In this document: in pieces, positions 50,483 through 61,830 of the stretch
Layout of the letters: each line of letters begins with the position of its first letter
Position numbering within the stretch: the first letter of the stretch is position 1
Origin: Stegostoma tigrinum
Taxonomy: Eukaryota
Assembly: GCF_030684315.1 (NCBI RefSeq)
Contig: NC_081382.1
Location: forward strand, 12,091,267 to 12,155,266
Direction: 5' to 3'
DNA: 64,000 nt
The notes under the pieces: model-generated
What the model was told of the DNA's origin: nothing
Databases searched by the model: none
The model's input: only the letters and a program-made list of their open reading frames with translations
Translations under genes and position numbers: made by a program

Positions 50483-53400
50483 GGCTTTTGTGCTCCTGAG
50501 ATGCTGCTTGGCCTGCTGTGTTCATCCAGCCTCACATTTTATTATCTTGTAGGTGGGGAAGTAGGGATGAGATAGATCAGTCGAGGGAGGAAGGACAGGT
50601 CAAGGGGGCGGGAGGAGGTTAGTATGTAGGAGATGGGAGTGGGCCTTGCAGTGAGAGGAGGGGATAGGTGGGAGGAAGGACAGGTTAGGGAGGCGGAGAC
50701 AAGCTGGGCTGGTTTTGGGATGTGGTAGGGAGATGGGAGATTTTGAAGCTTGTGAAGCCTGATGCTGCCTGGCCTGCTGTGTTCATCCAGCTCTATATTT
50801 AGTTATCTCAGATTGTCCAGCATCTGCAGTTCTGTTTCTGATTGGGATGTGTTAACTCCACTCTAAATTAATATTAATTACAATTAGAAATTGCAGTTCT
50901 CAGAGAAACAGATCTGTAGTTAGTTTTAATCAACCTATTCATGTTACGAACCCAGGCATGTTGTGATATACTTCCAGATCAGGTAGGTCTTAAGCCCAAG
51001 ACTCCAGTCTCTGTGTTAGGGGTGGTACCACTGCACCACAGGAGCTCATTAAATGGTTGTTCATCTGTTGTAGCCAATAATTAACTCGGATTTAACAAAT
51101 TGACTATTGGTAATTCAGAGACAACTTTGCAAAAATGTACATTCAATTTTCCATTGCAAAGATCTTAAATACATTGACATATGTACGAAAGGAGTCATTC
51201 ATCACATGGAAATATGTATATTTGCACTTCGATTTTCAGTTGAACGGGGAAAAAATCAACTGACTACTTTGTAAGCAATAGTTTGCCATTTTCTGTAACA
51301 GCCAGCTGCTAGTAGGGTACGGTTATTTTGTTGTGGATTGCATTATGCAGTTGATGCTCTTGTCTCTGTTATATTGCATGTTTGAAGCAAACCATACAAT
51401 CACAATAAGAAATTTGTGTCTTTTGAAATGTGCCCATCTTGTCAAGGCAAAATAATTCTGAGTATTACTGCACATTAAGCATTGGCACATTGAATGAAGA
51501 TGGAGTCAGTGCAGCTGCAGTAGGTTAAGCATTCGTGGGTGTAATACTGATAAATTGGCAGCTAAATGTGTCATCTTTTGTGAACGAGAGGGGCAATTTG
51601 TATGTAGGACTTAAAGATGAACACTAGGTTTATGTGGTATTTTTGGTCATTGTTCACCAGTACTTTTTCATTGAGATTAATTTTATTTAACAATTAGTGT
51701 GTTGTAAATAATTCAGCATGAAATCTACTCTTCTGCTAATAGTACTTTGTGTAATTCCTTTTACATTGATAGGATTTATACATTCTGTGAATATACTGAT
51801 GCCAAGTGCCAGCCACAGCTTAGTGATAGCTCTGTCACCTGTGAGTTAGAAGCTTTCGGATGCTTTCAGAGATATCAGCACATCTTAACGCTTTCAAGGC
51901 AGTGTTGAGAGGACACTTTGGACCTCATAAGATTGTACGAGGTGTTAAATAAATGAGAATTCTTATTTTTCTGTTAGGCCCATTGCTTTCCATGAGCGGT
52001 CTCTCATGCTACCACAATTCCAGACTTCTTACTTCAGCAGGAAACTGGTCATGATTCATCACAGTACATAGCCCATTCCATAATTAGACCTATTTAATTA
52101 TGAATCTACTCTCCCCTATTAGCATTTTAAATCTAAATATGGTTCCATTGAATCATTGTTCATGCAGCAATGTCAGCCTCTTTACAATCCTGTGGCTGTA
52201 GTTGTATTCTGATAGATAATTCACACTGTTTCATTCTCCACAGCTCATTTATTGATTCGTTGAGCATCTTCTGTTTATTTGTACTCACCTAGAGAAGTTT
52301 GTTGCCTACTTGACTTCATAAAGGAAAAGTTCGCCTGTTATTCTTACTTACCAAGTCACCAAATGGGACTGACATGCAGACGATTAGAAACACAAAATTT
52401 GACCACTCCCTGTCTTCTTGACTCCATTTTTCCCTCTCTTTTATTTTCCTCTGATGCTAAAATATCTCAACAAAAGCTAAAAGTCTGAAACACGTCAAAC
52501 AAGTCAAAACAATGTTCCGCCCCTTAGCATTGCATTCTGATCGGTTTCAAGTAAGTATTCACTTTTCTACTTACAATAATACAATGGTTCCTGCCATAAC
52601 TATTCCATCTTCGAAACAATCCATTCTCCAGCAATTTCTCATGAACATAATTTTTGAAACAGTCCTTCTAATCAATTGAAACATTTAAATTGTTGACCTA
52701 TTGTCACTGACCTTCAAACAGAAGACATAGTCTTTTTTTTAAAATGGTCAGAATAACCTCATTAAATATCTTCCTATCTTCTCTGCTCCAAAGAAAATCA
52801 TCACAGAATCTAAAATTTATCAGCATATTCAGAATTTCTCAAATTTGGTAGCATCTTGATAAATCTTTATTATGTAGCATGAATACCATATTTCTGTTCT
52901 GTACAGAACTCTGATAATGAATTAATCATTGTCTTACACAGTTTGTTCTTCGTTCATGGATCTTAATTCTACTTGCATGGATACAAAGTCCAAAATGTCA
53001 CAGTCTTTGTTTTTATATTCTACCTTTAATTAAATCTTTAATGCACAAAAATATAAAGAAATCACATTTCAAAGGACTGAATTGGAAAGAAACATCTCAT
53101 CATTCAGAAATCTCAGTGAATAGTGAAAAAGATTTTGTTAGTAGTTTAACTCATTTTCATATTTCTTACAGTGTCATTTAACATTGCCAGTTATAATTGT
53201 ATTTGTTTTTTATGTTGTATATATTTCATCTACATAGCACCCAGAAATCAATGACTTGTAATGTCCAGGGAACTGGATGGTACACTGGTAGCTAGACAGC
53301 CACATTCAAACTTGTTTAGAAGCAAATGTGAGGCTTGTTGCAAGATTTTCAATTGGTTGCTCAAAATAATTAAGGGTCACTCAAAAATAATAAAGACAGT

Positions 53401-54539
53401 AGTTCAAAGGTTAAATTGGATAATGGGACAGTCTCTACCAGGAATGCTTGACATTATTAATCATCGCTTGATCAAAATGGTACAGAAATGAAGTCTTTCA
53501 GCTATCACTTGCACTGAAGAGTTTCATATTGACATCGTAATTGGTTATCAATCAACATTATCTTTATTAATTGGCTTTAAATCACACCACTGAAATATTT
53601 ACAAGTTAACCGTCATTTGTTTTCCTTCAATGCTTTTAATTGCCAGAGTGGGAAATCAAGAATATTTGACTAAATTCCTGCAGAAAGAACATTTGAGTAA
53701 GTCTCACTACAATTTGATATATAATCTTGACAATTTTCAATGGTTCTGCAGGCTGAGGGTAAGTGTATCTTAAGAATTCTAACATTTTTATTTCTTTCGG
53801 TGTCTTTGAGATATGCCAAGGCATGCAAATTGACAATGTTTTGATGATTGCTTAATTACATATGATGAAAGTCAATCATGGATTATACTGTACTGTAATG
53901 GTTTATAATACTATAATTTATTGGATAATTAAAATAGTCTATTTGCCTGTGTTCAGTGGGGAATCCATTCAAAAATGCTATTAATTATGTAAGTTAAATG
54001 ACAAACAATTTTGAAACAATCTTATTTTAAAATGGCTTTTAGCCGACTCTCTTATCATGCCCACCCTGTTTCTAACCTTATGTTAGACTGTCTCTTCTCA
54101 TGATTTCAAGTATTCTCCAATGAAAACCAAATGAGGCACAAATGTATGATGTAATTTCATTTCTGTGCTTAACATTTTATAATTTACATAAGTGACAAAG
54201 CGTATGCTGGCCAAAAAGTTGTAGGTTGGTAAGGACAATGTTGACATCTGATGGGGTGAGGAAAGGTGGTGATGTGGTGAGGAAGAATAGGTGCTTTTGC
54301 AGCAGTCAGAGAGAGAAGCAGGTGCCACTTCACCAGCTGGGAGATAGAACTCCATCCCATCCCCAGATCTTCTCCCATGATTGGGTTCTATTGGGACAGA
54401 ATTCTTCCTGATTTACCAAACTGAAACAAAAGGGCATCTGTCACAGTGATTATTCAGACCTTCATTACTTGCATTAGCTGATAGCAGAGTCTCCCATCCC
54501 CTATTATATTGTTAGATCTGGGTCTAAGAGTCAAGGCCA

Positions 54540-54740
54540 AGTTTCTGGATACTTTCAAGAAAGAGATGGATAGAGCTCTTAAAGATAGTGGAATCAAGGG
54601 TTACGGGAATAAGGCAGGAGCAGGATACTGATTGTGGATGATCAGTCATGATCATATTGAATGGTGGTGGGCCAAATGGCCAAATGGTGGGTCAAAGGGC
54701 CAAATGGCCTACTCCTGCACCTATTGTCCATTGTCTATTG
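54540..54740 (+). mobile_element. CR1 3' end fragment
   Basis: TTCAAGAAAGAGATGGATAGAG..GGGCCAAATGGCCTACTCCTGCACC and a (TATTGTC)n-like tail. Confidence 0.75.
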
Positions 54741-54784
54741 GATGCTAGGCAGCTCATTATCTCCAGATCTGGTGCGTGACTATT

Positions 54785-55375
54785 GAGTCATACAGTAGTA
54801 CATCACAGAAACAGACCCTCAGTCCAACTTGTCCATGCCAACCAGACATCGTAAATTAATCTAGTCCCATTTGCCATGATGTATATTCCTCAAAATCTTT
54901 CCAATTCATTTACCCATCCAGATGCCTTTTAAAAGTGGTAATTTTACCAGCCTCTGCCACTTCCTCTGGCCATTCATTCCATACATGTACCACCCTCAGC
55001 ATGAAAAATTTGCCCCATACGTCCCTTTTAAATCTTTCCCTTTCCACCTTAAACTTGTGCCCTCTAGTTTTAGACTCCCCTACTCTGGGAAAATATAACC
55101 TTGGCTATTCACCCTATCATGCCCCTAATGTTTTTATATACCTCTACAAGGCCACCCCTAACCCTCCAACACTCCAGAGAACATAACCCCAGCTTATTTA
55201 ACCCCTTCTTATTATTCAAACCCTCCAAACCCGACAACATCCTTGTAAAAGTTTTCTGAGCCCTTTCAAGTTTAACAACATCATTTCTACAGCACGGAGA
55301 CCGGAATTGAACACAGTTTCCCAAAAGTGGACTAACCAATGCCCTGGACAGCCACAACATGACATTCCAACTCCT
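54785..55375 (-). mobile_element. CR1/HER1-like 3' fragment
   Basis: LVSPLLGNCVQFRSP..LERAQKTFTRML..RGGLVEVYK. Same family as 12545-13752. Confidence 0.85.
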
Positions 55376-55631
55376 GAACAGAACACTTTAACAGCATTAG
55401 GCCATTGTCCACTGTGTACAACAAAAATGATTTCATGGAAGCTGTGGCAATCCACATAAATGAAAGGGGCAATGGATTTTTGTATCCAAGATCTTGATGA
55501 TAAGGCGTTCATGTTTGTTCTCTACAGAACTTTGAATGTTGGACGGAACAGCAACATTGATTGTTTAAATTGGCTTTAAATTGACTGAACAGGCCAATTG
55601 GTCAAAACAGAGCCAGACTTTACACTAAACC

Positions 55632-55826
55632 AGGCTATAGTCCAACAGGTTTATTTATAATCATAAGCTTTTGGAGCACTGCTGCTTTATGAGGTGAAAT
55701 CACATGGCCTGAAGAAGAAGCAGCACTCTGAAAGCTTGTGATTTTAAATAAGCCTGTTGAGCTACAACCTAGCATCATGAGACTTTGGACTTTCTCTACC
55801 CAGTCCAACACCAGTACCTCCACATC
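55632..55826. mobile_element. Fold-back mini-element of a further PLE-like family with opposed HHR motifs
   Basis: Arms CAACAGGTTTATTT..ATCA.AAGCTTT / AAAGCTTGTGATT..AAATAAGCCTGTTG. CTGAAGAAGAAGCAGCACTCTGAAAGCTT lies at 55709-55737, and there is a one-sided tail. Confidence 0.7.
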
Positions 55827-58049
55827 CTCAAAACAGTATATCTGAAATCTAACAGGTAATGGAGTCAACTTAGTTTATGTTTTTAGTGCAAAAGCGATGG
55901 TCTCAGCTGCACAGATATTGCATTGATAATGGAGTTCCACCACATGGTAAAATTCCAACATCACTCCCTGTTTTTGGAAGAGCTTCCAGGCCTCAGTGAT
56001 GATACTAAGATTGGCTACAGTTTCAGTGAAATGGAAATCAAGCCATCCACTAAAATGGAAAGTGCATTTGCATGGAAGCTGAGTGATTACAGGTTCACAT
56101 ATGAAACACCTAAGGTTGACACAAACTATGGGAATGATGGAACTGAGCTATAGCATGAGGATGCAGTTTAAAGAAAATAGAAGCTTTTTTCAATTTGAAC
56201 TTTGACCTTTGTAAAAGGAAACATGAGTTATGTTTACAGACACACATTGTTAATACATGAGTTACATTGAAGCATGGGCTCTATCAGCTCTTGAATCATC
56301 TGAAGTTGAATTTTATAAAGATAGTCTCAAGTTTGTTCTAAGTATAGTCTCTGATTTTTTTTAACGTACTTTTGTGAATTTTGCTAAGCAGTTTCTTTTT
56401 CATATTAAGGTTTTCATTGTCTAGACACAGATGTTTCAGCATCTTGTTTTGGGAATGACTAAAATTCTATGAACAAAAAGATCAGTTGCAATCACTTCTG
56501 ATCTCTCAGATCTAAATCTGTTCAACGGCTAGAAATAATCTTGTGACTCTTACAGAATAAATTCATTTTTGTGAGTGTTATGGGGAAGAATAGTTCTGTG
56601 ATTTTTGTTAGTGAGGTCAATGAGTTATTGTGTCATGTTTGGACTCACAGCAGAAAATTTCCAACAAAAAATTTGTCATAAGAGAATGAAAGTCAATATT
56701 TCTTAAAAAAATATGGTGGACACTTTTTCCAGAAAATGTAGGTGTGCCATTTATAATGAAAAGATAATAAAATGCCAAGTGTGGAAAAATGCTGTACCTA
56801 CAATGTGGCAAAAGATAGTTGGCATAGAAATACTCTGAGGGAAATGTTGTCACAAATAGGATCAAAAATTACAAAGACCAGAAGTGTACAGTTTTGTCCT
56901 GAGCAACAAACAATGGACTGATTCTTGCCATATTTTGGCAAAGAGTAATTTTCTTTCAGTTCAATGAAGGGTTTCTCCTCATGAGGATGAGGAGGATTTC
57001 TTGCCTGTCATCCCCAGTGGACCTCATTTCATGGGTTCCACACCCCTGTGTTGATCTACTCATCTGATACTTACCCAACTCTCCCAGTTATCACTTCTGG
57101 GATGTCCCGTGATATACTGGCATCCCTGACAGTGGCACCATCCTAGAATCTTGACCATATGCTCAGTCAAGAGTTGGCAGTCTAGAGTTGCTGTTTGACA
57201 TCAATGTAGTGCACAGCAGCACAAAACAATGCTGACTCTCCTGAAGCAGAGGTGGCATACCTGAAACATCCCTTTACACAGGGCTGCAAGTTCCTAGATC
57301 TATCTCTGTTTAGGCACAAACTCACATATCTTACCTGTCCTTAACCACATTTCATCTTATACCCTTCTAAGTCAATGCTAATGTTCCTCTAATGCCCACA
57401 ATAACCAACCATGATGTTCTTATTTAATCTGGGGCCAACACAAACAAGGGTGCTGTCAGTGACCTCAAATAATTCTTCTTTTATACATAAATCACCAAAA
57501 TAAACCAACGGAAGCTGCATTTTCCTTTTGGAACAAAAACAAACAGTTTGTATGTCAACCGTTTTACATTCAATGACTGGCCAGTGCACTCAAATATGAG
57601 CTAGAGGAACCTGGTGTCTGAAATGAAAATAGAAATTGTTGAGCCGCTTCACTAGAATTCAATTCTGTCCAGCACCATGCTGCACAGCGCGCATTCCAAC
57701 TCTGCAGCCACAGCTGTGGTGATTATCTATCTCTGCCCCACCCACATCTCCCCATATCCTCCCATTGGTTTCATTATTTTCTCCCTTCACCATTCCTGTA
57801 CCCACCCAGACTGCCCCAGATACCCACCCCTGACTTTCATTCTCCTGACACCCAAATCTGTCCGTGACCCAGTGATCTGACTGATATAGACTGACAGCCC
57901 TGACTAATGACTGACTGATCCTAAAGCATGCTGTTTATTTCCCCACGTATTTTGGTCTTTGTTCTCTTCTAAATGTGCTGTTTTAAATGACAGCATTGTG
58001 CCAAGGCTGTTGGCAGCTTCCTGTCACATGGTGGCTATTCATAGGTAAA

Positions 58050-58766
58050 GTTACTTGGAAGCACCCTCGCCTACACCTCCCCTCTCACATCTGTCCAAAG
58101 CCTCAAACAATCCTTCCAGATCCAGCAGAGATTCATCTACACTTCATCTCTTAATCCTGATGTAGTATCCTCTTTATCGGGAGAACAAATGCAGACTTGG
58201 GAATGGTTCATGGAGCAACTGCATTCTGCACACATCAACCGACCTGACCTTCCAGTTGCCAGCCATTTGAATTTAATCTTCCCATTCTTCTGATTACACG
58301 TCCATCCTTTGCTTCCTCCACTGTCAGAGTCAGGCCAAATGCAAAATGGAGGAACAACACCTGATATTTCACCTTGGGAGCTTACAGCCTGATGGCCTCA
58401 ACATTGACTTCACCAGCTTCAAAATCAATCCACTCCCAGCCTTATTTCATGTCCACTCCTCCACCTCCTGAGTGAACCTAACCTGTCCATCTTCCAACTC
58501 ACCCATCCACCCCACTCTCCCCATGGATTAATCACAATAACCCCCTACCCACTTCCACCTATCACCATCTCTCCTATTGTTCTGCCAGCCCCACCCCATT
58601 CTCTCTATTATTTCCGGGCTCCCCTCTCCGCCCCTTCCCCAGTCCTGATGAAGGGTTTCATCCCAAAACGTTGAGTCTTCTGCTCCACTGATGTCTGACA
58701 TGTTGTGCTTTTCCAGCCTCACACCTATAGATTCTGGCTTCCAGCATTCACAGTCTTATTATTTCT
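58050..58766 (+). mobile_element. Old PLE 3' fragment (GIY-YIG remnant, terminal repeat, HHR)
   Basis: KMEEQHLIFHLGSLQPDGLNIDFTSFKI. CTGATGAAGGGTTTCATCCCAAAACGTT lies at 58645-58672, followed by the tail CCAGCATTCACAGTC. Confidence 0.85.
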
Positions 58767-60609
58767 GAATAATTTAGGATTCAAGCAGCATAACTAAATG
58801 AGACACTCATCTAACTTTGAATAGCTATTTAACTAACAGCCAAAGTTACAAAAGTTACACTTATCAGTATCATAAGACTTAAAACTATCATAATACTTCA
58901 AAGTATATCCAATACTCAATTTTTGAAAAGAAGATATCTTCCATGCTGAAGGCAAGACACCTCAGGTTTTCATACCAAAAGAAGTCCTGAACAAAATCTC
59001 TCTGAAAACTGCTAAAACTCAGACAGAAGCCTTTGGCTAAGTCCTCACTTTTTAGATCAATCTAAACCAGCCTGGGGCAAGTGTGAGTAAATGTACACTC
59101 CAGTTGCCTCGGGATATTTGAAACACTTAAAGCATGACACTTGAAACCCTTATATTGAAGTCTTTTTGAGATTAACCACTGAAGTTATTCTTAAAACCCA
59201 ATTTCTCAACAATATGGTCATGCTTAATTTAATTGGATTTTGTACATGATATCCCAGTGTAAGACCGTAGAATGTTCCATAAAGTTCATCTTATCTTAAA
59301 ATGATCAGTCCCATTTATGAATATATTTGTGTTCTCTGTACAAAGACAGTCCTGGTTAATTAGAATTAATTGGAGGTGTCTTATTTAATTCATTCTCACA
59401 GGCTCTTCATTGTAGTATTAATAAAATCTGTTTTAAATTGCATATAGTTGTTAAGATGCTTTACTTTTAAAAAGTAACAAAATAAAATACAGCATTTATT
59501 CACTGCTGATTATGTGTCGCATATTCTTAAATTAAATGGAAGTTATATGTTGTTAATACCGTCACAAACTGATGCTCGTTTTAGTTTGTCGGTATCCCAA
59601 GACCCCAAAAAAGATCGTCTTTCAAATATAGTGTATTAATTCAAAAAATAATGACCTCCTTCTCATGTAAGGGGTTGCAAAATACATGATTGCAAAAAGC
59701 CTTTTAAAATTACACAATTAACTAAATCTTAAACCAGAATAGGAAACTCCTAAATTACACAAATTCCCTGAACCCTAGGAGAGCATGGGGATCATTATTG
59801 TTTGACAAACATTGACTTATTCTCAGGTTTACGACCCTGATCCTCAAATTTCTTTTTGTCATTTAGTTGAAGTTTCAGATGGCACATTGAAGTTGATGTC
59901 AAAATTTGTTGTCCATGTGTGGCTTCATCAAGAGGAGACTCCCAAGGCATGGGAAATGATTAAGAGATTTGAAGATCAACATCACTGGTTTCCTGAACTC
60001 ATCATCGTTTTTAAAGAACAGATGAAGGTATTGTGCCTTGGGAGCCACATGAAATACAACCTTAGTATTCTTGCTGTTGGGTAAAAGGCCCTTTTTCTCA
60101 TATGTTTTGGGAAGGAGTCAGCAATGATCTGGAGAGGAGCTTTTAGAGCAATTGCACATGCAAAAATCAGCTGCATATTGGAGCTCAATTACTGAAGTTG
60201 AAATAAATGTGATTTTAGTTTTAGATTGAGCAGTAGGTTGAAAGGTGTCCTATCTGTTCTGTAGATTATCTCCACATCTGTGAGCAGCTGAGAAGATGGA
60301 GAAGATAGTCAATATGGCGTTATATTCTGTTTGACCAGAACATGTGATGGTTCTGTTGATGAGGCGTACCACTTGCATGTCTTCTTGGAACAGGCAGAGA
60401 AAGGTGACAAACTTTAGAATTTGGCAAATTTGAAGAAGATACTGAATAAGCACAATCAAATGTTATCCTGAAATCAAAAATGTTCATATACACCAGTTTG
60501 TATTATTTCTTGTATTTTATTAGATTTGCTGCAAGTGAAGATCATATTGGTGCCCACTAATTAGGTAAAGCATGCATTGTGGCTCTGGAAGGAGCAGTTG
60601 CAGGGAGGA

Positions 60610-60824
60610 GAGAGATAATGGGAACTGCAGATGCTGGAGAATTCCAAGATGATAAAATGTGAGGCTGGACGAACACAGCAGGCCAAGCAGCATCTCAGGA
60701 GCACAAAAGCCGACGTTTCGGGCCTAGACCCTTCATGAAGGGTCTAGGCCCGAAACGTCGGCTTTTGTGCTCCTGAGATGCTGCTTGGCCTGCTGTGTTC
60801 ATCCAGCCTCACATTTTATCATCT
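60610..60824. mobile_element. 215-bp PLE fold-back mini-element, near-perfect 89-bp arms, 15-bp TSD
   Basis: Palindrome 60647-60824 centred on TCA|TGA (60735/60736) with one mismatch. CAGTTGCAGGGAGGA occurs at 60595-60609 and 60825-60839. Confidence 0.95.
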
Positions 60825-60849
60825 CAGTTGCAGGGAGGATATGATTGAG

Positions 60850-61830
60850 GAAGGCACTGCAATGACCTTCCTTGTGATAGTCATCAGGAGACTCTTCTGT
60901 AGGTACACCAAACAGACCTGTCTCCTTTCTTCAACTTTATTTTGTCAAATTCTGAACCTCCAGTCTCCAGCAGCAATAGTGTGTCCATATTGCCAACCAT
61001 ACGGCTCATTATAACAAACATCTCTGTAGAGGTCCTTGGCCTCCCAAACAGAAAACATCATGTATAGTATTGCTCAATTGAAAAATCTTCACAAACCACA
61101 AACTTTATTATGTCTCAAGAAAAGAAAAACAGTCTTACAGTTTGAAGCAATGGGATAGCATTGCATCCATTAGTACGAGGAGGCAATGGCCTAGTGGTAT
61201 TATCGCTGAACTGTTAATCCAGAGACCCAGGTATTGTCCAGGGGATCCGGGTTTGAATCCTGCCATGGCAAATCATGGAACTTGAATTTGATAAACATCT
61301 GGAGTTAAGTGTTTAATGATGACCATGAATCCATTGTTAATTGTTAGAAAAACTCACCTGGTTCACCAATATTTTTTAAGGAAGGGATTGCCATCTGTAC
61401 CTGGTCTGGACATATATGACTCTAGACCCACAGCAATGTAGTTGACTTTTAACTGCTTCTCTGCCTGGTTGGCGACACCCTCATCCTGTGAATGGATCAG
61501 TAAAAACAGGAACAAATGGTGATGGAAGCAGTGCAGGCCAACTTACAGATCAATGGCATTTGCAGCTCCTTCATCTCCATCAAGATCTATGGCTCAAGCA
61601 GTCTGAGTGCCAAGCATGAAGGGTAGTTCATCAAGGACAGAGAGGGAGTCTGTCCTCACAAACACAAATATTCTGAAGAACATCTCAACCAAGACTCCTT
61701 GATTTGAAGTAACTACTACTCCTTTCTTAATACCACATTCAGCTTAGTCTTGGCAAATGCCAGGTTTGGAGATAAATTGAACAAGCTGAACGATGAAATC
61801 TTGAAACATCAATGGCATATGCTCCTGCGA
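60850..61830 (+). pseudogene. Possible highly decayed PIF/Harbinger transposase remnant, interrupted by a SINE
   Basis: Fragments SL*RSLASQ..YSIAQL and AR..IEQA..ILKHQWHML resemble HARBI1-type ALxFLA..YxxIA and ARxxIEQAFGILKxRWRxL motifs. Confidence 0.35.
61179..61500 (+). mobile_element. tRNA-derived SINE (same family as 9958-10285)
   Basis: GGAGGCAATGGCCTAGTGG (A box) and GGTTTGAATCC (B box). Confidence 0.75.

Larger units (their letters stand above)
46486..50547. mobile_element. Young Penelope-like element (Neptune-like) as a ~4.06 kb inverted structure with TSD
   Basis: Arms 46524-48343 and 48732-50549 are reverse complements around a spacer at 48344-48731. TGTAGGTGGGGAA(A/G)TAG occurs at 46469-46485 and 50548-50564. 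Confidence 0.95.
46252..50842. mobile_element. Older PLE fold-back (46252-46485 and 50550-50842) split by the young PLE insertion
   Basis: GAGATAACAAAGTGTAGAGCTGGATGAACACAGCAGGCCAAG at the left is inverted to CCTGGCCTGCTGTGTTCATCCAGCTCTATATTTAGTTATCTC at about 50768-50810. The purine-rich body resumes across the insertion. Confidence 0.8.

Noticed and set aside
46486-50547. Large palindrome as a fold-back sequencing or assembly artefact
   Set aside because: The arms differ at many positions, and there is a unique spacer, a one-sided tail and a flanking TSD. The same design recurs in small elements.
52270-52400. Minus-strand donor-like sites (GTAAGT, GTGAGT)
   Set aside because: No convincing paired acceptor or coding frame.
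61179-61265. tRNA gene
   Set aside because: The A/B boxes belong to a SINE head followed by a repeat body, with no complete cloverleaf.
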